Source: Amoebophrya sp. A120 (Eukaryota > Protista > Dinoflagellata). From it: DNA of 64,000 nucleotides. Below, piece after piece: positions 36,219 to 49,839 of this stretch; positions within the stretch are counted from its first letter, which is position 1, and each line of letters opens with the position of its first letter. Both the position numbers and the translations under genes were made by a program. Location of the stretch: contig CAJINV010000009.1 in NCBI GenBank assembly GCA_905178155.1, forward strand, positions 3,898,957 to 3,962,956, in the 5' to 3' direction. Below the pieces are notes generated by a model. That model was given only the letters and a program-made list of their open reading frames with translations, did not search any database and was not told the origin of the DNA.

Positions 36219-39200
36219 ATGCATCGTGTCGGCGGAACGGGCGCGGAAGTGGAGGCAATGACGAGCTACAATACGGCAGCTTCACCTTCAGCTACGCAGG
36301 AAACAAATAGCGTCAAAATGCCGGCTGCTCAAGTAGAACACGAAGAACAGCAGGGCGTGAGCAACATATCCGGCTTGCTCGAAGATATCACAGGAAAAAG
36401 TGTTAACGTTAACGGAATTTGTGACGCAGTAATGCATCACAAAACGGGCCAGAATTTGTCATGCATAGCATGCATATTGGGCTACATTTGTGATGTCTGG
36501 CTGTAATCTGTGAGAACCGTTAACGTTAACGCTTTTTCTTGTGATAGAAGACGAGGACTACTCGGAGACGTTTTCTTCGGAAGAAGAAGAATCTACTGAA
36601 TCGTCTCCAGGAAAAGTAAAAGAATCTGAAAAGATTGACGACGATGCGCAATCTCAAGTTGATTCTCATGATAAGCCTGCGCACCAGCAGCTACCAGCTA
36701 CTCCAGGTCCACCAGAGGACGAACTCCTCGGAAACAAGAAAGAAGACGGCACCTTCTACGAGCACTTAGCACCACCCAACAGCTACAGCCCGACCGCTAC
36801 GAGCACAACTTGCCCATCTACAATCTCGCCGAAGAACTTCCACTTTTCGACAGCAGGTGCATCTTCGTCTTCGGTTTGTTGTCATGCAGGATCAGGATCA
36901 GAACAGGTGGGGACAGAAGATTGGTCATCCGATGACATCACGTCCTCAGATAACTTCAAAAACGACAACGATTTCGATATCGAGCTGGAAAACGAACCAA
37001 GAGAACCGTATAACAATCTGAACCTAGAGCTGCTGAAGACATCAACAAAAACTACTTCTACCCCAACAACCAGCGGCAGTGCGGACGAGATGGTGACCCG
37101 CACGACAACCTCCACAACCGTGAACAAAAACACAAACAGGATCATTTCAATCTGTCGCAATGATTATCCAGCACGGAAGAGCAGTTCTTTATCTTTCACC
37201 CCCATGTCGACAGCCTCGAGGACGTCGTCTTCGCGCGGGTGCAAATTCTTCGTCCCGCAAGTGCAACATGATGGGAGCTGCTCGCATGACAAATCTTCCG
37301 GAGCAGGTGCGACTTCTTCTAGTAAAACCCCCCAAGAACCACCACCGACCGTATCAAATGCAAAAATGTCTGGGTCTGGAAGGTTGCAACTTGTGATGCT
37401 GTCTTTGGAAGGTAAAAAAAATCTGTATTGCATGACCAGCAAGAAGAGTTCAGTTTGTGCTACGCGGAGTGGGCGTTTCTCATGCGGAACACGCTTCAGT
37501 AGAAGGCCCTTTAAAAATCTATGACGCTAGGTCATGCATTACAGGCTTCATGGGTTGTGCAAAATATGCATGACAAACCTGGCAATCTTCCAGACCCAGA
37601 CATTTTTGCACTTGATAGACCGACTTCCGGTACCAGTGCGAGGCGTGCGGCGCGAAGTTTTTCACGGAAAAGGAAGTCATCGATATGAACTGCAAAAGTA
37701 TCGTACTCGTATAAATGCATTACAAATTTCTCTCAGCATGAGAAATAAGATTTGTAAATGCGGATTCATCTTGAGAAGAAAATAAAAATTTGTAATGCAT
37801 GACTGCAATTACTACGAGTGCGATTATACTTTTGCACAGGATAATCGACCACGGAAAGCAACACGGGATGGCGCACACCTGGGTGTTGGCGGTGAACCCC
37901 GAGCCGGGAGATCACTTGGTGCGGTGGGACTGGGAAGGATCGTTACTATCCTTCATGCCGGAACACCACGGGGTCTGCTTATCCGAGAAAGATTTCTTCG
38001 GCGACGCGATGGTGGCGCACTTTGTGAGGGGGAGGGGGGTGGTATAGAAAGAAAAAAGTTTGTCACAGTCATTAACTTGGAGATTTAGCATTACAAATTT
38101 TTTTAGCATCACAACTTTTCCTTGTATTGCAGAAACACTAAGGGAAATCTCCTATGAAGTTTGGCTGTGATGCATTTTTCCGCATGACAGGCATTTTTTG
38201 TATTGCAAAAATTCCCATGAGTGATCGTGACGAACTTTTTTCTTCTGATACGTGGTCAGTGACAGCCTGGTGGATTTTGCTTTCGTGGACAATTCTTCTT
38301 CGACGTCTTCTTCAAGCAGCTCTTCATCTTCTAGTAGCTCATCATCTACTGCGCAGGCGAAGAACAAGAAGAAACCCGATAGAAAAAGTAACCAGAAGCA
38401 CGTAACACCATCTAAATCCAGTGACGGAGAAACAACCGACGAGGGAAGCGGAGTAGGGAGTGAAGAGAACAGCAAATCCGCAGACGAACAAGACACGACG
38501 GCCCTCCCGTCCATCTCCGAGAAGAAGAAGATCTATCTCTGGGCGCACGAGGACCGGTTGGAAAAGAAACGAACGCAGCAGCGGTGCATGCACATGGTGG
38601 GAAAGAAAGGCTTCCTATGCATGGTAAAAGCATCGTACTTGGATAAATGCATTACAAATTTCCTTAGTATGAGAAATAAAATTTGTAATGCGGATTTAGC
38701 TTCAGAATAAAACTTGTAATGCATGACTGCAATACGAGTGCGATTATACTTTTGCAGAGGATACTTCCACGGTTTGTACAACAACTGCGAGCATTTTGCG
38801 TCCTGGGCCGTGATCGGGGAGAAGAAATCAAGACAGCTGTGGGCCTTGGGAGGCGGGGTAACCGGGCTGAGTGCCTTGTGGCATTTGGCAGGGTACATGG
38901 CGGCGGGGGCGATCGGTACAGATTTTTGCTTTTCCTCTTTATGCTTCAGGTGCAACAAGCGCTGCAGCCCTTCAGGCTTAGTCCTCGCATTTTTGGTCGA
39001 CCCATATATTACGAAAAGACAAACGGTCGCTGAAGACATTTTTGATATTGGCGTCCAATAGCAATCAAATTATTCTCCTTCTCTTAGGTTTCGCCGTAGC
39101 GCACGGTGTGTTTGTGGTCTGCAAATGGACGGGCATAGTCTACCTCGGCTCCGACGCGGCAGAGCATCACTGGGATTCCCTCACACGCGTCGCGTCTCTC

Positions 39201-39572
39201 TCCGGTCCAGACCAACCGAAAACCTGCTGCATCTGCAATGCCGTTTGCACCGCTACAACATCAACCGGTACTTGCGCGGGTGCGTCTTCTGGCAAAGTGA
39301 AAAATAACAATAAGAAGAAAAAACAGCAATCAAAACCAGTGAAGGAAACCACCGAACCGCTGGAACCCTTTCTCAACTGTCAGCACGGGGCGTGTAGGAG
39401 TTGTTTGCGAAAATACCTACTGGAAAACCACGGCCCGATGATCTGCCCCCACCCGGACTGCTGGGAGGTTTTGCCGCCGGATTTACTCTGCGTGCTGGCG
39501 GAAAAGGAGGAAGATCAAGATGGTTTTATCGAGGCGCCGGGGGTGCATGGAAGCACAGTAGAGAAGATGTGA
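36219..39572 (+). CDS. C2H2 finger + LRAT (permuted NlpC/P60) domain + hydrophobic segment + RING finger protein, ~737 aa
   Basis: Exons 36219-36385, 36552-37351, 37623-37683, 37849-38042, 38256-38615, 38769-38915, 39088-39572; CEAC-x12-H-x3-H; PGDHL...HHGV...VAHF...NNCEHF; CCIC...CQHGACRSC...CPHPDC. Confidence 0.75.
36386..36546. mobile_element. Introner, E-like
   Basis: DR gaaga; ~30-bp TIR. Confidence 0.9.
37352..37617. mobile_element. Introner family B
   Basis: DR gaccg. Confidence 0.9.
37684..37843. mobile_element. Introner family A (splits the C2H2 finger)
   Basis: DR atcga. Confidence 0.9.
38043..38250. mobile_element. Introner family E
   Basis: DR ggtgg/cgtgg. Confidence 0.85.
38616..38763. 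mobile_element. Introner family A
   Basis: DR cttcc. Confidence 0.9.
38916..39087 (+). other. Canonical GT-AG intron
   Basis: ATCG|gtacag...ctcttag|GTTTC joins two ORFs in frame. Confidence 0.7.
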
Positions 39573-41194
39573 GAGTCAGAATCAGATGCAAGTAGTCGAT
39601 GAAGCTGATGCTCTCACTAAGAATAAAAAGGAAATGGCTGCGAAAGTAGGAGCAACTGTGACTCAAACAGTTCGACGCGTGCATCAAATCACATTCACTT
39701 CTCTCATGAAACAAAGGAGAAAAGAACATTGAACAATCAATGCAGCCCTGCAGCTGCTTCTGAACTTCTAGATCTAGATGTAGCAGAAGTGCTACAACTT
39801 TAATAATACCAGTGAGCTTAGAACTATTTCCAAGAATACTTCTGCTTATCAAGAACAAACAAACACCCAGAAACTGTGCCTAAAAGCACGATCCTGACGT
39901 GCTGTCATCTTCAACGAGCGAGCTTTTTTTATCTAGGTGAAGTTTGAATTTGTCGAATAAACAAGAAAACCAGATGACGAAACACTTGTGCCTGAACAAC
40001 TAGAGCTAGCTGCACTATTTATGTTGATTCGAAATGCTTGCCTGTTTCTGTGCAGAGAAAGAAACTCACATTGCGTTTGCGCTGATGTTGCAGAACCTGC
40101 TAGCAGAAGTGTCCTCGCTTCTTGTAGAGCAACTGCATAAGCTGCATCATCTTTTGCGATATTAACTCAAAGAAGATGAATGAAAATGCGAAGAATTTGA
40201 TCCAATAGAACTGCTATTGCTTGGAAGAACGGAGCTGAAACTTCCACTACCGCAGCTCCACTGCTTCTGCGCAGCTTCTAGGCTCGTTGCGCGAATGACG
40301 AATGTTGAGGTTACAATAAGCAGTAGCCACTACGACTAACAAGATTAAGAGTCATGTTTCTTCATGAACAGGTATCAATATCATGCTGAGTTGTATAAGA
40401 CCCTCGGTTCGCGTTCGTCACCCATCGTTCACAATCGGATTTTTTTGTAGCATCCATCTCTGTTGCTAGTCACGTGCAATATTTTTGAGTCTTCGGTCTT
40501 CAATATGAATCACAATCATCGGAATGGAGCAAATGCACAGGCAAACGCAAACCCACATCTGTCAGGTGAAGAATAGCAATTTGTATTCGCTCACGCTGTC
40601 TCGTTGTACTCGTACCTACAAGAATACAGCAAGCGGAATAAAGATGTGTTGTCGGTGTGAAGATGAAGAATGTGTTGTAAATCGGTCGCTCTGTCCTCGT
40701 ACAAACCAATGCCAAGCACACGAACTCGGATTCGTCGTTCTACAGTCGGCTCTTCTAGAGTCAGCTTCTCAAAACGCAGAAGCTCCTTCGTTCTTCACGA
40801 CTTTTTCATCGTGCAATAGATATAGATGTGCGGTTTTTACTTACGTAAACATACGCAAGAAGAGCGTCCAACGTCGTGCGCAAGCTCCGCCCCTGCTGGT
40901 GCTTCTACTTCTGTCGTGCATCTTCATAATTCGGAAGAAGAAGTAGTTGCGCTGATGTAGAATAGAAGTAGTTCTGAAAGTTTAGCTCAATAATCTGCTA
41001 GCTTGTTGGGTGGAAAAAAAAACAGCTTTCTCCCCCCCTTCGAAAGAGAAAACGTATGAACTCATGATCATCTTGAGCACGACCTTCACCTAAACCATTT
41101 TTCATCCACACACACTACACCCTATTTTTGTTCAACTACATTCTTCAAAATTAGTGGTTAGCTGACCAAGACGAAGACCACATCACAGGCAGCC

Positions 41195-44100
41195 ATGGAC
41201 AGCCTCTCACCGAACAAGAACTCGATGCAGGAGCTGGCACGACTCCGACGTACACTAGTAACCCTAGGCGCAACTACGTCGGCAACTACAACCCTTCTAC
41301 TAACAGGGTCCCAAACTAGTACCAGCTTCGTTGCCGCAACTGCTACTGATTACTGTGCGGCCTCCGAGGTCATCCTGGATTGCCTGGGCGCCAGTACAGC
41401 GAAGAACTACGTAACCCGGCAGCTGGCCGAAAGCGATGAAACCGAGACAGCAAAAAATGGGCCTTCGCGCCGCCAGCTGTCAACCGTGCTGGAGTACCCA
41501 GTGAATGCAAATGCAGGTTTTGCGAATTGTGTCACAATTCCTGGTCAGGGCGCAACCGGCGAGGCGAAGTTGACGACCTACGGCTGCGAACTTGTGCGCG
41601 ATGCTGATGGGGTGATCCAGGATCCGTGGAACCGGGGCACCACCGCAGATTTGAAGTGCGCGAAGCAAGAGGCCTTGGACATTGAGACCGCCCTACACAG
41701 CCAAGCGGGCGCGCAGTCGCTGACCGTGCCCAAGACCTGCGTATCTGCAGACTATGCGAACATGGTCGGAGGCGCCGCGAGCACGTGGCCCAAGGGGGGG
41801 CCCTTTATTGACACTGCCACGGGCGTGGACCACGGCTGGACCGAAGCAGGCTGCAAATTTAAGTGCGGGCAGATTCCCTGGTGCCGCTTCTACGAATTTG
41901 ACGACTGGGAAACCAACGCCGAGGCGCCGGGAAACTACCAATGGACGAAGCAGTGCAAAATCATGAATCAGTGTTACGGCTCCCGGCATCTGATCAACTA
42001 CGACTCGAAAGACAGAATCGCGGCACATGTAAGCGGCGGCGTCACGCCCTACCAAGATCTCTATCCCGGCGCCGCGGGCTACTCGCTCGGGGAGCTCCGC
42101 CTGGCGCTCGAGGGGGTTGCGATCAACGCAGTCGTGCAAGCGTATCCGCGCAAGCGCATGACGATCAAGCAGTGCAAGCGCACCGCCTGCAAGGACGGGC
42201 TGGACGGCGGGTGTCCGGCGATGTGGAGCGTGAATCGCGGCAATTTTTTCAGCGCCAACGTGAATTTACTGCCGCGTTGCTTGTATGCATTGCAAAAGTA
42301 TCGTACTAGTATAAATCGCATGACAAATTTCCTCAGAATGTAAAATGGAATTTGTCATGCTGATTTTTTTCTTTGGAATCAGATTTGTCATGCGTATCTG
42401 CGATTGGTACGAGTGCGATGCTTTTGCATTTGATAGCTTGGGCGAGGTCTGCACCCGCGAGGACAGGAAAAACCACTGTTGTCGTGGCGGGAACCGGAGT
42501 ATCATCAGTGGAGAATCCGTGGCTTTGCTGGGAACCACCAGCTCCGCCTCCGTGTGCCCCTACAGTGGCGGCCAGGACCTGGCGCTGGTGGACACGGAGG
42601 GGTCTCTGCTCACCGCGTTTCCCGTCGCCCCCAGCGGCGCCAGCCTCTTTCGCACCGGCCACTGCGTCCACGGGTTCGACCCGGCTACCTCCCAGGCGAT
42701 TCCGTGCTTGCTCGTGGCCCCCTCGGCCGCCGATAACACCTACCAAAACCTCCGCCTCCCGGTCGCGTCCGTGACCGAGCGCTGCGCCCGCATCGAGTAC
42801 AAGATCACCACGCGCGGCCCCGGCGATGCGGAACCGACACTGACGACGCAGCAGGAGGCCACCGTGGCCATGACGTACTGGGACTGCAGTTTGGCGTGCA
42901 CGAAGGACGAGAATTGTTCGGACTACAGCTATATGAACTGCAAAAGTATCGTACTCGTATAAATGCATTACAAATTTACGCAGCATGAGAAATAAAATTT
43001 GTCATGCGGATTTGCCTTAAGACAAAGATTTGTAATGCAAGACTTGCATTTATACGAAACGAATGCGATACTTTTGCACAGGATAAGCTACGACCCGAAA
43101 ACGAAACAGTGCATCGGTTACAACGCCTGCCACGCCTTCCACCCCGTGCTATCCACAGTAAATTTCCCGTACACGTACAAATGCGGTCTCTGCATGACAA
43201 AAATTGGCCTCGATGATCCTAGTTTAGCATGACAAGTTCTACCCAACAAATTGGTGGAGTTTGTGGTGCGTTCTGTACATGTACGGAAAATTTGTATTGC
43301 ATACGTGCTCTCCACGGCGAACACCCGGATTTTCACGAACAAGTGCCGCGGGTTTTCCTGCAACTTGTCCGCAGGGTACACGCAGTCTTCCCTGGTCGGC
43401 GGCGTTGACCGGTCCACCTCCGGCCGAGGGGCCTACAGCTTTGCCGATGAGGAAACGCAAATCAACGCGCGGATCGGGGGCCCGCTCATGCGGATTCCGG
43501 AACACACGCTCAACGAAGCCACGCAGGTGGTGAACACGCTGACGACCGGCACGGCGGCGTCCAAGTCGCCGGCATTTGACAAAATTTTGCAACACGGCAT
43601 CTCCTGGACGTTGCCGGCGTTCACCGCAACGGGTTCCAGTTCGCTCACGATTCCCACCGTGTGTCCCACCTGCGGCGCCTTCGGGAACTGCAAACGGCAA
43701 GCCTGGGTGAGTGATTTCGATTACGTGAAACTACCCTTGTTAGATCTCGGCACCGCGTGTTTGTCCCAGACGTGCCAAGTCCAGGACTGCTGCATGAAAA
43801 TCAACGACCTGATTTTCACCACCCACCCGGACAGCGCCCAAGCGGGGGTGGACACGACCAGCACCTTGCTCGACAAGAGTTTCGTGAACCGGATCCAGGG
43901 CGTGGCCGGCCGGTTTTTGCAGCAAGTCAACTCCGCGAGCGCCAGCTACTATTATGGGGTGCAAAAGTTCCAGTACGACATCGCCGTGGCCCCGGCCGCG
44001 GGGTTGGCCACCGTATGGATTGCAAAAGTGTCTGAGTCTGGAAGATTGTCAGACTTGTCATGCAGGTTTTCCATGACCCATGAGGTCCGGTATGTAGGAC

Positions 44101-47100
44101 ATAACATGACAGATTCTGCGAGACCTTGCTAATGCCTTTCCTGCATGAGAAAGCGCCTCTCGATTAGGTCAAAAGTGCACAACTTTTGGCAATCATGCAA
44201 CACAGTTTTTTGCCTGATTCAGATTTAGCATGACAAGTTCCATCCTCCCAGACCCAGACACTTTTGCATTTGATACACAGCGTCGGGGAGAGACACGGGC
44301 TTCGACGAGGACAACGCCGTTTTGGCTTTACTCAAGAACGAGGTCTACCCTAGTGTGAATTACAACAAACCCTGGATGGTAACCGGGCTGACGGCGGCTA
44401 CAATCGGCTCCACCTATTTAAACATCGACCTGCAGTCCCCGCAGTTGGTGTTCGGCATGCGCATTTTCAACGACTTCTCCGACGCGGATCCGGACCTGGA
44501 GAAGTTATGCAATACAAATTTCCCGTACATGTACAAAATGCATCACAAATTTTACCAATTTGGAGCGTGAAAGTTGTCATGCTAAATGACGATCGAAGCC
44601 AAGTTTTGTCATGCAGAAACTGCATTTGTACGTCGTGTACGGGAAATTTGCTGTGGATAGAAGTCCATTTTCGACTACTACTCCGGCGCAACGAACGCAA
44701 ACATCGCGCGGCTGTTGCTGTTTGTCGGTGTGTCCACTTTGTCCACTCCAATCACCTTGCCGAGTGCCTTCAACGAGGCGCAGACCACCGCGTGTTACTA
44801 CCCGGAAAGAACCAGTCAAAATGGCGGCCCGGCGGGGGGGACTGGCGTGATTATGAAGCAAAACATTTACGACAAAAACACCCGGAAAGCCGACATCAAA
44901 TCCATCCTACCAAATGCAAACATGTCTGGGTCTGGAAGGATGGAACTTGTAACGCTGGTCTTGCATTCCTGTGAAATCTGTATTGCGCCGCGACTAGCAA
45001 AGATGGTACAAGCAGGCTCTCGTGTCATACAAAAACGCAGTTTCTCATGCGGAGTTCGTATGGGAAAGCGTTCCACAAACTTGTCATGTTGTCCTACATA
45101 AAAGGAAGTGTTTTCTTCTTGCACATTCTAGCATCACAAATTTTCAGACCCAGACATATTTGCACTTGATACATCCACCACGCGGACCAGACCGTGTACT
45201 TTGGGCGCGACAGTTTGAACCGGCGCGTGATCGACCTGTTGTGCCCCACCACCCGCTATGGATTGCAAAAATGTCTGGGTGTGGAAGTAGAGTGGAACTT
45301 GTAATGCTGTCTGCGGATTCTGAAAATATCTGCGTTGCATGAGCAGCAAGAGGAGTCAGCGCTTGGCACGCGGACGAGAGGGCATTTCTCATGCGTAAGT
45401 AGCTGCATCAAGAAGCTCCCGAAAAATCTGTGATGCTAGCACCAGCATCACATCAGACCTCGCGGGTCATGCAACATGTGCATCACAAGTCCCGACTCTT
45501 CCAGACCCAGACATTTTTGCAATTGATACCCGCCAGCAGTTCGCGCGGACGGAGCATCAAATCAGCCCCGCGACGCACAAGGTGGCGACCGGACAGTATG
45601 TGGTTTTGAAGCCATCTGGCAGTACGAAGATCACCCGGATGTCTATCCGTCACGTGCAACTCTACGTGGCGCAGCCGCGGCCCACCACGTCGAACCTCTA
45701 CGACCAAACGGCCCAGACCTGCGCGGGCGCGTTTGCTTCGCTTTCGAACGCCAACGGCGGGTGCCCGAGCTTGGGCTGGACGCTGAAGCCCACGGCGGCG
45801 TCGATTGCCTGCGTCTACAGCCCCTCCGCCTTCGACGGGAACATCTGCACGGAGGACAAATGCTGCAACCCGCCGGACGAGGCGAAGTCGCACATTTCGC
45901 AAACGGTGGCCCCCTGCGAGCTCTTCTGGACCTTATCTGACAATACCGATTCTGCTGGTGGCCCCGCGGCCTCGGTCGGGTTCCCGCTGCAGGAAAAAAT
46001 GTGTTCTCAAGCGAGCCTCACCACCGCCCCGAAAGCGTGTCACGAGGTGCGCCCACAAGATTTGGACGGCTTCTGCCAAAACACGGCGAGAGAACAGCAG
46101 CTGGCCGACCACCAGCTCTACGCGGGTCGGAAAGACCTCGGCACGGCCGCCAACCCCAAAACCTGTACGACGCCAACTTCGCTTGGCGGGACCGCGTGCG
46201 GAAACTCGGATTTGAACCTGTGTTGCGTCAAAAGGCAAGCCTGCTCCGCGACGACGGCCAGTCAGGTCTGCGGTTCCGGCGGGGAAAACAATGAGCAACC
46301 GGATGTGAGTGCGTACGTGAAATTATCGACAACTGGGTTGTATTGCAAATCCGACCTCTGCTATCCCAAGAAAAAACTGTTTTACTGTGAACCTGTGATG
46401 CGCAAAATGGAACACAGAACTATTTGTCTTGCTACACCTGCAACACATTGCATTTTTAAGGGTGTTTTCCCTTGGAAAGCGCGCATGACAGACTTTCAGC
46501 GTCATCATGTGTAACAAACCTGTGATGCAGATCTAGCAAAATCATCACAGTGAGCCAGTTTTTTCGTGGGATATCTGCAACAAGCAGGACGACCGGGAAA
46601 CGTGTTGCGCGCGGAAGGAAACCTGCAAGGAATCCGGGGGAACGATTTGTCCCACGACTGGCTTGGCGCAGTCTAAGCTGCATTTCTTCTGCTCCGGTTT
46701 GCGCTGCACCGCTGCAGCGGATTCGACCACGTGCTGCGCGCAAGCCAACACGTGCGCTTCCGCGGGCATCACCAATGACATGTGCCAGGCGGTAGGCCGG
46801 CCGGAAGCGTTGTTCAGCAAGCCGTATTACGTCGGGTACAGCTACATGGGGTATGACGTGACCAAGGATGCTACATCTATCGCGAACATCGGCACTTTAA
46901 ACGCACTCGACACCTGCAGCTACACCACCACCTCCACGACATCCACTGTCGCGGGCGACGACGCTTCCGGTGGTCGGAGCTGGATGGGCCGCGGCGCGAA
47001 TTTGGATCCGATCAAAAAGGCGTGCCATCTGGAGTATTGTTGCGCGCGCACCTGCGGGCCGAGTGGGTACGACTGTCGGTACCAAAACCCGGCTGTGTTC

Positions 47101-48937
47101 GCCTCGGCCGTGACAAGAATCCCGGCGTTGATTCGCTACGACCAGGGGGTCTGTTCTGCGGGCACCACGTTGAACCCGCTGTGTAGCGCAAACACGTGCT
47201 GCGCGAAGGTGGAAGACGAGTCGCTGATCACGGGTACAACGTTGAACTCCTTGCAATTGTCGCCGATCACGATTTCATCTCGCCGAGAGCTGCTGGAGGA
47301 GGAAAACGCACTGCAATCCTCCACTGGCGACGACCAAACCGACCACCGTCGCTCTCTGACGTCGTCCACCGGCGACGGCACATACTACACCGCCGGCACG
47401 GGGACCGACGGATTACTCGGCGCCGCGGCTTTTCAATTGGCGGACCAACCGGCGACCTTAGCGACCATGCTCGCGAACGTGAAGCAAGCCATTCCGAAAA
47501 CCGCGATTTCTCCCTATGTTGGGCGGGGCATCCCGAACCCGGCAAACCGAGTCAGCACCTACAACGATTTGGACGAGACTCCGGTCACGATACAACCCTC
47601 CACGACCGATCCAAACGACGCGACCAATTCGGGTAACACGACCGATCCGACGACCGAGGATCCTACGACCAAGGACGCTACGACTGTAACGGCCACGACC
47701 ACAACTGACGACAGAAACGAATGGGAAAAATTCTGGGACGACGAGGACTCCGTGATCCTGGCCGGCATCGTGCTCGGCGTGGTCATCCTGCTCTGCCTCC
47801 TGGGCTGCGTGCATCACCGGCGGATATGAACTGCAAAAGTATCGTACACGTACTCGTATAAATGCATTACAAATTTCCTCAGCATGAGAAATAAAATTTG
47901 TAATGCGGATTCACCTTGAGAAAAAAACTTGCAATGCATGACTGCAATTACTACGAGTGCGATACTTTTGCACCCGATAGCGGAAGGCGAAGCAACAGTG
48001 GATGGAAGATCATTACGGGTACGGTGCTGGTAAAGGCACGTGGGACGATATTGAGAGGAAAAATCCCCTCTCCCCATATTGAAGAGGCATGTTTCCGAAA
48101 ATTTGTGTTGCTGATTTGTAGCCACAAATCAGGTTTGATTTGCAAGAACACAAGTCGCGCAGAGGCATCCGCCCAATTTTGAAAGCGATTTGGCATGCCG
48201 TTGGTCCTAGAGGGTAGCCGTTTGCAATGCTGAACAACTAGACCTGAGCGCTCCCACCTAGGCTGCCGCTGCGGATCCGGCCGCAGTGCCTTACTGCAAG
48301 ACAAGTCGGACGATTTGTGTACGCAAATCAGCATGAGAAATTTCCATTTTGATATGGGGAGGGGGGATTTTTCATTTTGATAGACGATTTGTACGCCCCG
48401 GGCGCCTATTCGTACGCCAAGGGCAGCAAGATGGGAAAGAAGGGGAAATCCTCGGGAAAATTTTCCTCCTCCAGAAAGAAAGGAAGCGGCAAGTATTCCC
48501 CGTACAACTCCCCGCGCGGCGGAGGTCCTTCCTGGCTGTCCCCACGCCCGTCTTTGTCTTCCCCCCGCGGCAGTTACCACATGTCGTCGCCCCGAATGTC
48601 TGGACATGCGCACTCCTCGTCGCACAGCTGGCGCAAGAAGGCGGGAGCAGGGAGTGCGAAGGGCGGCACTTGGAGCTACGTCAAGGGGCCGCCCAGTGTG
48701 CAGAAGGGCAAGGCTTCGATCTCGTCCCCCATGGGCTCGCCGTTGGGAACCCCGCTTGGCTCCCCGCGTGGCGGGCCGCCGGTGCCCGTGCCCATGAACC
48801 CGCACGTTGGGAAGGTCGCCCCGCACAAGAAGGGCGTCCCGGGCGGCTCGATGAGCACCAAAGGGGAAAGGGCAGCAGGGTTGGTCTCCGAACCTCCTGC
48901 AGCATTTTGGGTATGGGAAAAAATGAGATCTAAGTAA
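41195..48937 (+). CDS. Type I membrane Cys-rich adhesin-like protein (~1,859 aa) with PAN/apple-like domains
   Basis: 11 exons (41195-42283, 42441-42931, 43091-43149, 43309-44013, 44281-44505, 44665-44907, 45177-45256, 45534-46361, 46579-47824, 47985-48048, 48388-48937); C-x3-C-x5-C-x2-Y apple signatures; CC-ended modules; TM VILAGIVLGVVILLCLLGCV followed by basic residues. Confidence 0.75.
42284..42435. mobile_element. Introner family A
   Basis: DR gcttg. Confidence 0.9.
42932..43085. mobile_element. Introner family A
   Basis: DR agcta. Confidence 0.9.
43150..43303. mobile_element. Introner family C
   Basis: DR cgtgc. Confidence 0.9.
44014..44275. mobile_element. Introner family B
   Basis: DR caccg/cacag. 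Confidence 0.9.
44506..44659. mobile_element. Introner family C, reverse orientation
   Basis: DR gaagt. Confidence 0.9.
44908..45171. mobile_element. Introner family B, TAC 5' variant
   Basis: DR catcc. Confidence 0.9.
45257..45528. mobile_element. Introner family B
   Basis: DR cccgc. Confidence 0.9.
46362..46573. mobile_element. Introner family E
   Basis: DR tctgc. Confidence 0.9.
47825..47979. mobile_element. Introner family A
   Basis: DR gcgga. Confidence 0.9.
48049..48382. mobile_element. Introner family G
   Basis: DR gacga. Confidence 0.9.
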
Positions 48938-49839
48938 AAAATCTTCGTCTTTCAACCTTCAAATCAATTTTTGTCAAACTATCCAAAAGAAAGGAACACG
49001 ACGAACATACTTACGTACTAGCAATATACGAAATAAATCAAGTTTAAAATATGTTTCGCCTACATTATTCGTGAACAGGAAGTCGCATGCTTTACTTCGT
49101 TTTTCATCGTAAATTATTCTAATCCGCGTACTACAAGAACTTCGTTTTTAATTGCATTGCACACGTACAAGAACGACCCTACTAGTGTCCATTTTCTCAA
49201 CCCACTTCCCCAAAACCCCAAGCAAAAATCGACCCAGTGCCAGTGGAGGTAGTTTTTGTTTTTGATTGTCCTCTTCGGAAAACTAAACTCATTCGCTTGA
49301 TCATGGAGACGTTGATCACGATGCTAAACATGTAGTGGACGAGTGAAAATACACGTGGCATCAAAGCTGCACCAAGCTCAGCCAGTAGCAGCACACACAT
49401 GCAGCGATGAAGAAGATGTTGACTCGGGGGCTACCTCCACTTCAAGAATTCTCAACAAACTTTCAGAAGAGAAAACGCACTCGAAATAGAAATTAATACG
49501 GTCGCATAATGCACCATGGTCTCGTTGTTCAGGACCTAAACCTGCAAGTAGTCGTCTTGGAGTTGCGTGAACCTCTCTTCGTTTGCAAAATGTTGAATTC
49601 TTGATCTTCGTGTAAACCGAAACCTTCAACACACCAAGTCGTCAATTATTTTCCAAAACAGCATGACCATGAATGATGCCTTCGTCACACGAGCAATCTT
49701 GTCTAACTTGAAGATCCAAGAGCAAGAGTTGCAAGGTATTTCGGATAAGCTAAAAGCAAAATAAAATCTGCTGAGCAGTGCATGTTGCTTTCGAAAGTGT
49801 TTCACATCCATTTGGTAGATAGCGACAGAAAAGAAAGTC

